NCBI GenBank assembly: GCA_976226885.1
Contig: OZ320323.1
Span: 10,292,001-10,356,000, forward strand
Direction of reading: 5' to 3'
DNA from: Iphione sp. A-MEVVRFRX5
Lineage: Eukaryota
DNA length: 64,000 bases
Shown: positions 62,501 through 64,000 of the stretch, one piece after another
Layout: each line of letters opens with the position of its first letter
Position numbering within the stretch: position 1 is the first letter of the stretch
Program-made: the position numbers and the translations under genes
Notes under the pieces: generated by a model
The model's database searches: none
Seen by the model: only the letters and a program-made list of their open reading frames with translations
What the model was told of the DNA's origin: nothing

Positions 62501-64000
62501 AACACACACACATCCCCTTCAGGGTTTCAATGGAGCCCGTCTGAAAGATCAGGAAGGTGTTACAAGAAGGGGTTCGACCGTTGATAATTTGGAGCTCAGC
62601 TCAGGTGACAGACAGTGTTGAGATGGTTGTCAATCAAGTGAAGATATGTATGTTCCTCCGTTATGGAGGTTTAACACCTAACGTCTGTTTCCAGAGAATA
62701 ACGCCCGGGTGCAGCGACATTTTTCTACGAACACATTGTGTGCCCAGGAATGGTTTTAACCATACAAGTTGCTATTTCAAATTTGCCCAAAGTTGTATCT
62801 TTATAAAAGCATTGGAGCATTCTTTGTAGAAAACTTATTTATTTAGATGAAGGCGATATAAATGATTGCACTTACCTACTAAATCCCACATGAGTCATAA
62901 GGGTTGCCAGTCTTTTAAGAATTACCTTATCCCTAGGAATAAAATGTAACTGCCCACAAACCTGGTAGAGCTTTTTCTTACACCAAGAGGAGAGAAAAAA
63001 AAACCTCTTTGAGAAAATCTATTCCATCATTATGGCATAATTCACTCAAAGGTGTTTGAGCTGAAAAATAAGCTGTGATTAAAAAAAGTATACTCTATGT
63101 CTCTCACAAAGGCAGAGCTTCCTACCACGTCTCACAAATAACATGTAGAATTGTTCGCTTATACTATTATATTGAGTAAAACATTGCAGTGTATGAATTT
63201 CCAGGGTTTTTTTCCACAGTCACGACTGATAACTTCAAAGCAATATAGTTCCGAAGGGCCGCGTCCATACATTTGTCTTGGTTACTTATTTAACGCCTCT
63301 ATAAAATTTTACTCTATGTGGAAATGACTTACTTACAAAGACAGTGAGATATATATAGTTATACCTAGAATATCTAGGTTTGAAGCGCTGAATTCATGAG
63401 GTATAGGCCCAGATACCCACCACCACACTGACATGATACTTCAGCATGGCGACAGGTGGGTGAAAGTGATGGGGAAATGTCATTCTCGGTCGGTACTATA
63501 ACCAAGATGAACACGTTCTGCCCAATACCTGTCAGTGGCGTGACTTGAAAGAAGTTTCGATTACCGCGCGCTTTGTCGGAGAATAAAGCTATCCGCGGCC
63601 GTGGCACCTTGCCTTCTCACCAGCGGCTGGAAATTGAAACCAACACACACCTAATGTTCAGAACCTGCCTGCTGGGGGAGTCGAAGATTAATGATTTACC
63701 TCCGAAAACGATTTTTTTTATACCACCATTTTTTTCCAAACAAAATTCTGTGATAGAGGGTGATGCAGCTACGAACGATTCACTTCAAGATTTGACAATT
63801 TGTTATCTTCCTCAGAATGATGTATATTATGAAATATGTATTGTGCATATGTATTCTGTGACAAGATTACACCATAGAGACGGAGACATGAGAAACAATC
63901 GTACAGCTTGAGGGTGCAGCCAAGAGAACCCTATGAGAACTTCTTCTTCTTCCCAGTTCTATATGTAGCGTTAGGTAGCCTGCTCCGTTCCGCAATGGTG

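Overview
Intron-rich, repeat-rich animal genomic DNA. A lancelet-like invertebrate chordate is inferred from composition, TE families and gene structure, not shown directly. I can reconstruct one complete gene: an 11-exon M14A metallocarboxypeptidase (CPA/CPB-like prepro-enzyme, 436 aa) on the minus strand, from ATG 48482 to TAA 29361, with a 10.7-kb first intron. Its zinc and catalytic residues are intact, but several conserved substrate-binding residues are replaced (R71N, Y198F, Y248G, T268G, F279T; bovine CPA numbering). Downstream lies a ~7.3-kb array of 174-bp monomers (20865-28163). Two related ~1.05-kb piggyBac-like elements interrupt it at the same TTAA site, exactly one monomer apart and in opposite orientation. 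The array abuts a decayed Polinton/Maverick-like segment. Also present: a decayed Crypton-like tyrosine recombinase, a LINE RT fragment, Harbinger-type and Tc1/mariner-type MITEs, SINE fragments, mini/microsatellites, CTCF-like motifs and a promoter-like CpG-rich region near 59 kb. No CRISPR array, rRNA or intact tRNA gene was found. Family assignments come from motif recognition, not database searches.
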